A stretch of DNA of 63,905 nt, counting the filler, from Octopus bimaculoides (taxonomy: Eukaryota), in NCBI RefSeq assembly GCF_001194135.2. It is 4 parts of 4 records of this genome, joined end to end, with 100 filler letters (N's around TTAATTAATTAA, not from the genome) between each part and the next. Parts side by side here need not be neighbours in the genome. Positions count along the whole stretch, not along the records: positions 59,279 to 63,905 come from NC_068996.1; 3 more parts are not named here. One strand, written 5' to 3'. This document shows positions 63,235 to 63,905 of the stretch, in pieces (positions within the stretch are counted from its first letter, which is position 1; each line of letters opens with the position of its first letter). Below the pieces are notes generated by a model. It was not told where the DNA came from, searched no databases, and was given only the letters and a program-made list of their open reading frames with translations. Made by a program: the position numbers and the translations under genes.

Positions 63235-63905
63235 ATCATCATCATCGTCGCCGTTTAACGTCCGCTTTCCATGCTAGCATGGGTTGGACGATCTGACTGA
63301 GGACTGGTGAGCCAGATGGCTACACCAGGCTCCAATCTGATTTGGCAGANNNNNNNNNNACTGGTGAGCCAGATGGCTACACCAGGCTCCAATCTGATTT
63401 GGCAGAGTTTCTACAGCTGGATGCCCTTCCTAACGCCAACCACTCTGAGAGTGTAGTGGGTGCTTTTACGTACCATTGGCACAAAGGCCATGCTCAAAAT
63501 GGTGTATTTTACGTGCCACCTGCACAGGAGCCAGTCCAGCGGCACTAGCAACGACTTCGCTCGAATGTCTTTTCACGTGCCACCGGCACAAGTACCGGGA
63601 AGGCGACGCTGGTNNNNNNNNNNCAACGACTTCGCTCGAATGTCTTTTCACGTGCCACCGGCACAAGTACCGGGAAGGCGACGCTGGTAACAATCACGCT
63701 CAAATGGTGCTATTTACGTGCCACTGGCAGGGAAGCCAGACAGCTGCTCTGGTAACAGTCATGCTTGGATGGTACTCTTAGCGCTCCACTGGTACAGGTG
63801 CCATCACAATTTCGCTTTCACTTGCCTCAACAGGTCTTCACAAGCGGAGTTTAGTGTCCAATGAAGGGAAGGTATGCATAAGTGGGCAGGCTACACCCCT
63901 GGCAG
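63235..63905 (-). mobile_element. RTE-associated 3' UTR/SINE-like repeat with (ATG)n tail (family D)
   Basis: TCATCATC GTTTAACGTCCGCTTTCCATGCTAGCATGGGTTGGACG...GGATGCCCTTCCTAACGCCAA. The reverse complement is at 51611-51762(+), with degenerate copies at about 35640-36000, 39500-39800 and 52200-52445. Confidence 0.75.

Noticed and set aside
63290-63695. Tandem direct repeats resembling a repeat-spacer array
   Set aside because: The duplicated 50-70 bp segments flank 10-N gaps, typical of unmerged overlapping contigs. Eukaryotic context, no unique spacers, not CRISPR.

Overview
AT-rich, repeat-dense animal genomic DNA from a gappy draft assembly. The microsatellite load, tRNA-derived SINE families and TE spectrum suggest a cephalopod, probably Octopus (inference, not a database result). 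Almost all ORF-track entries are microsatellite, N-gap or transposon artefacts. By reading splice sites I find two host genes on the + strand. (1) One internal exon (16507-16750) of a divergent DUR3-like sodium:solute symporter (SLC5/SSS family). (2) Four phase-consistent exons (40618-40665, 42855-42937, 47652-47728, 49971-50041) encoding ICL3-TM6-TM7 of a cAMP-receptor-like (Dicty_CAR/GPR157-type) GPCR, which the ORF track does not recover as a protein. The remaining exons of both genes could not be located. Three artificial N44-TTAATTAATTAA-N44 linkers split the window into four joined pieces, which may explain this. The rest is TE debris: two mariners, one DD37D (maT) element, several MITEs, R4/Dong-like, RTE and Jockey/CR1-like LINE remnants, Penelope GIY-YIG remnants and hammerhead-like ends, HINE-like elements and many SINEs. 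No rRNA, genuine tRNA or CRISPR array is present. I see no clearly new multi-gene system. The best leads are the hidden GPCR with a candidate tandem RFX X-box promoter, the orphan DUR3-like exon, a CCGACGA hammerhead variant and a near-perfect 285-bp palindrome.
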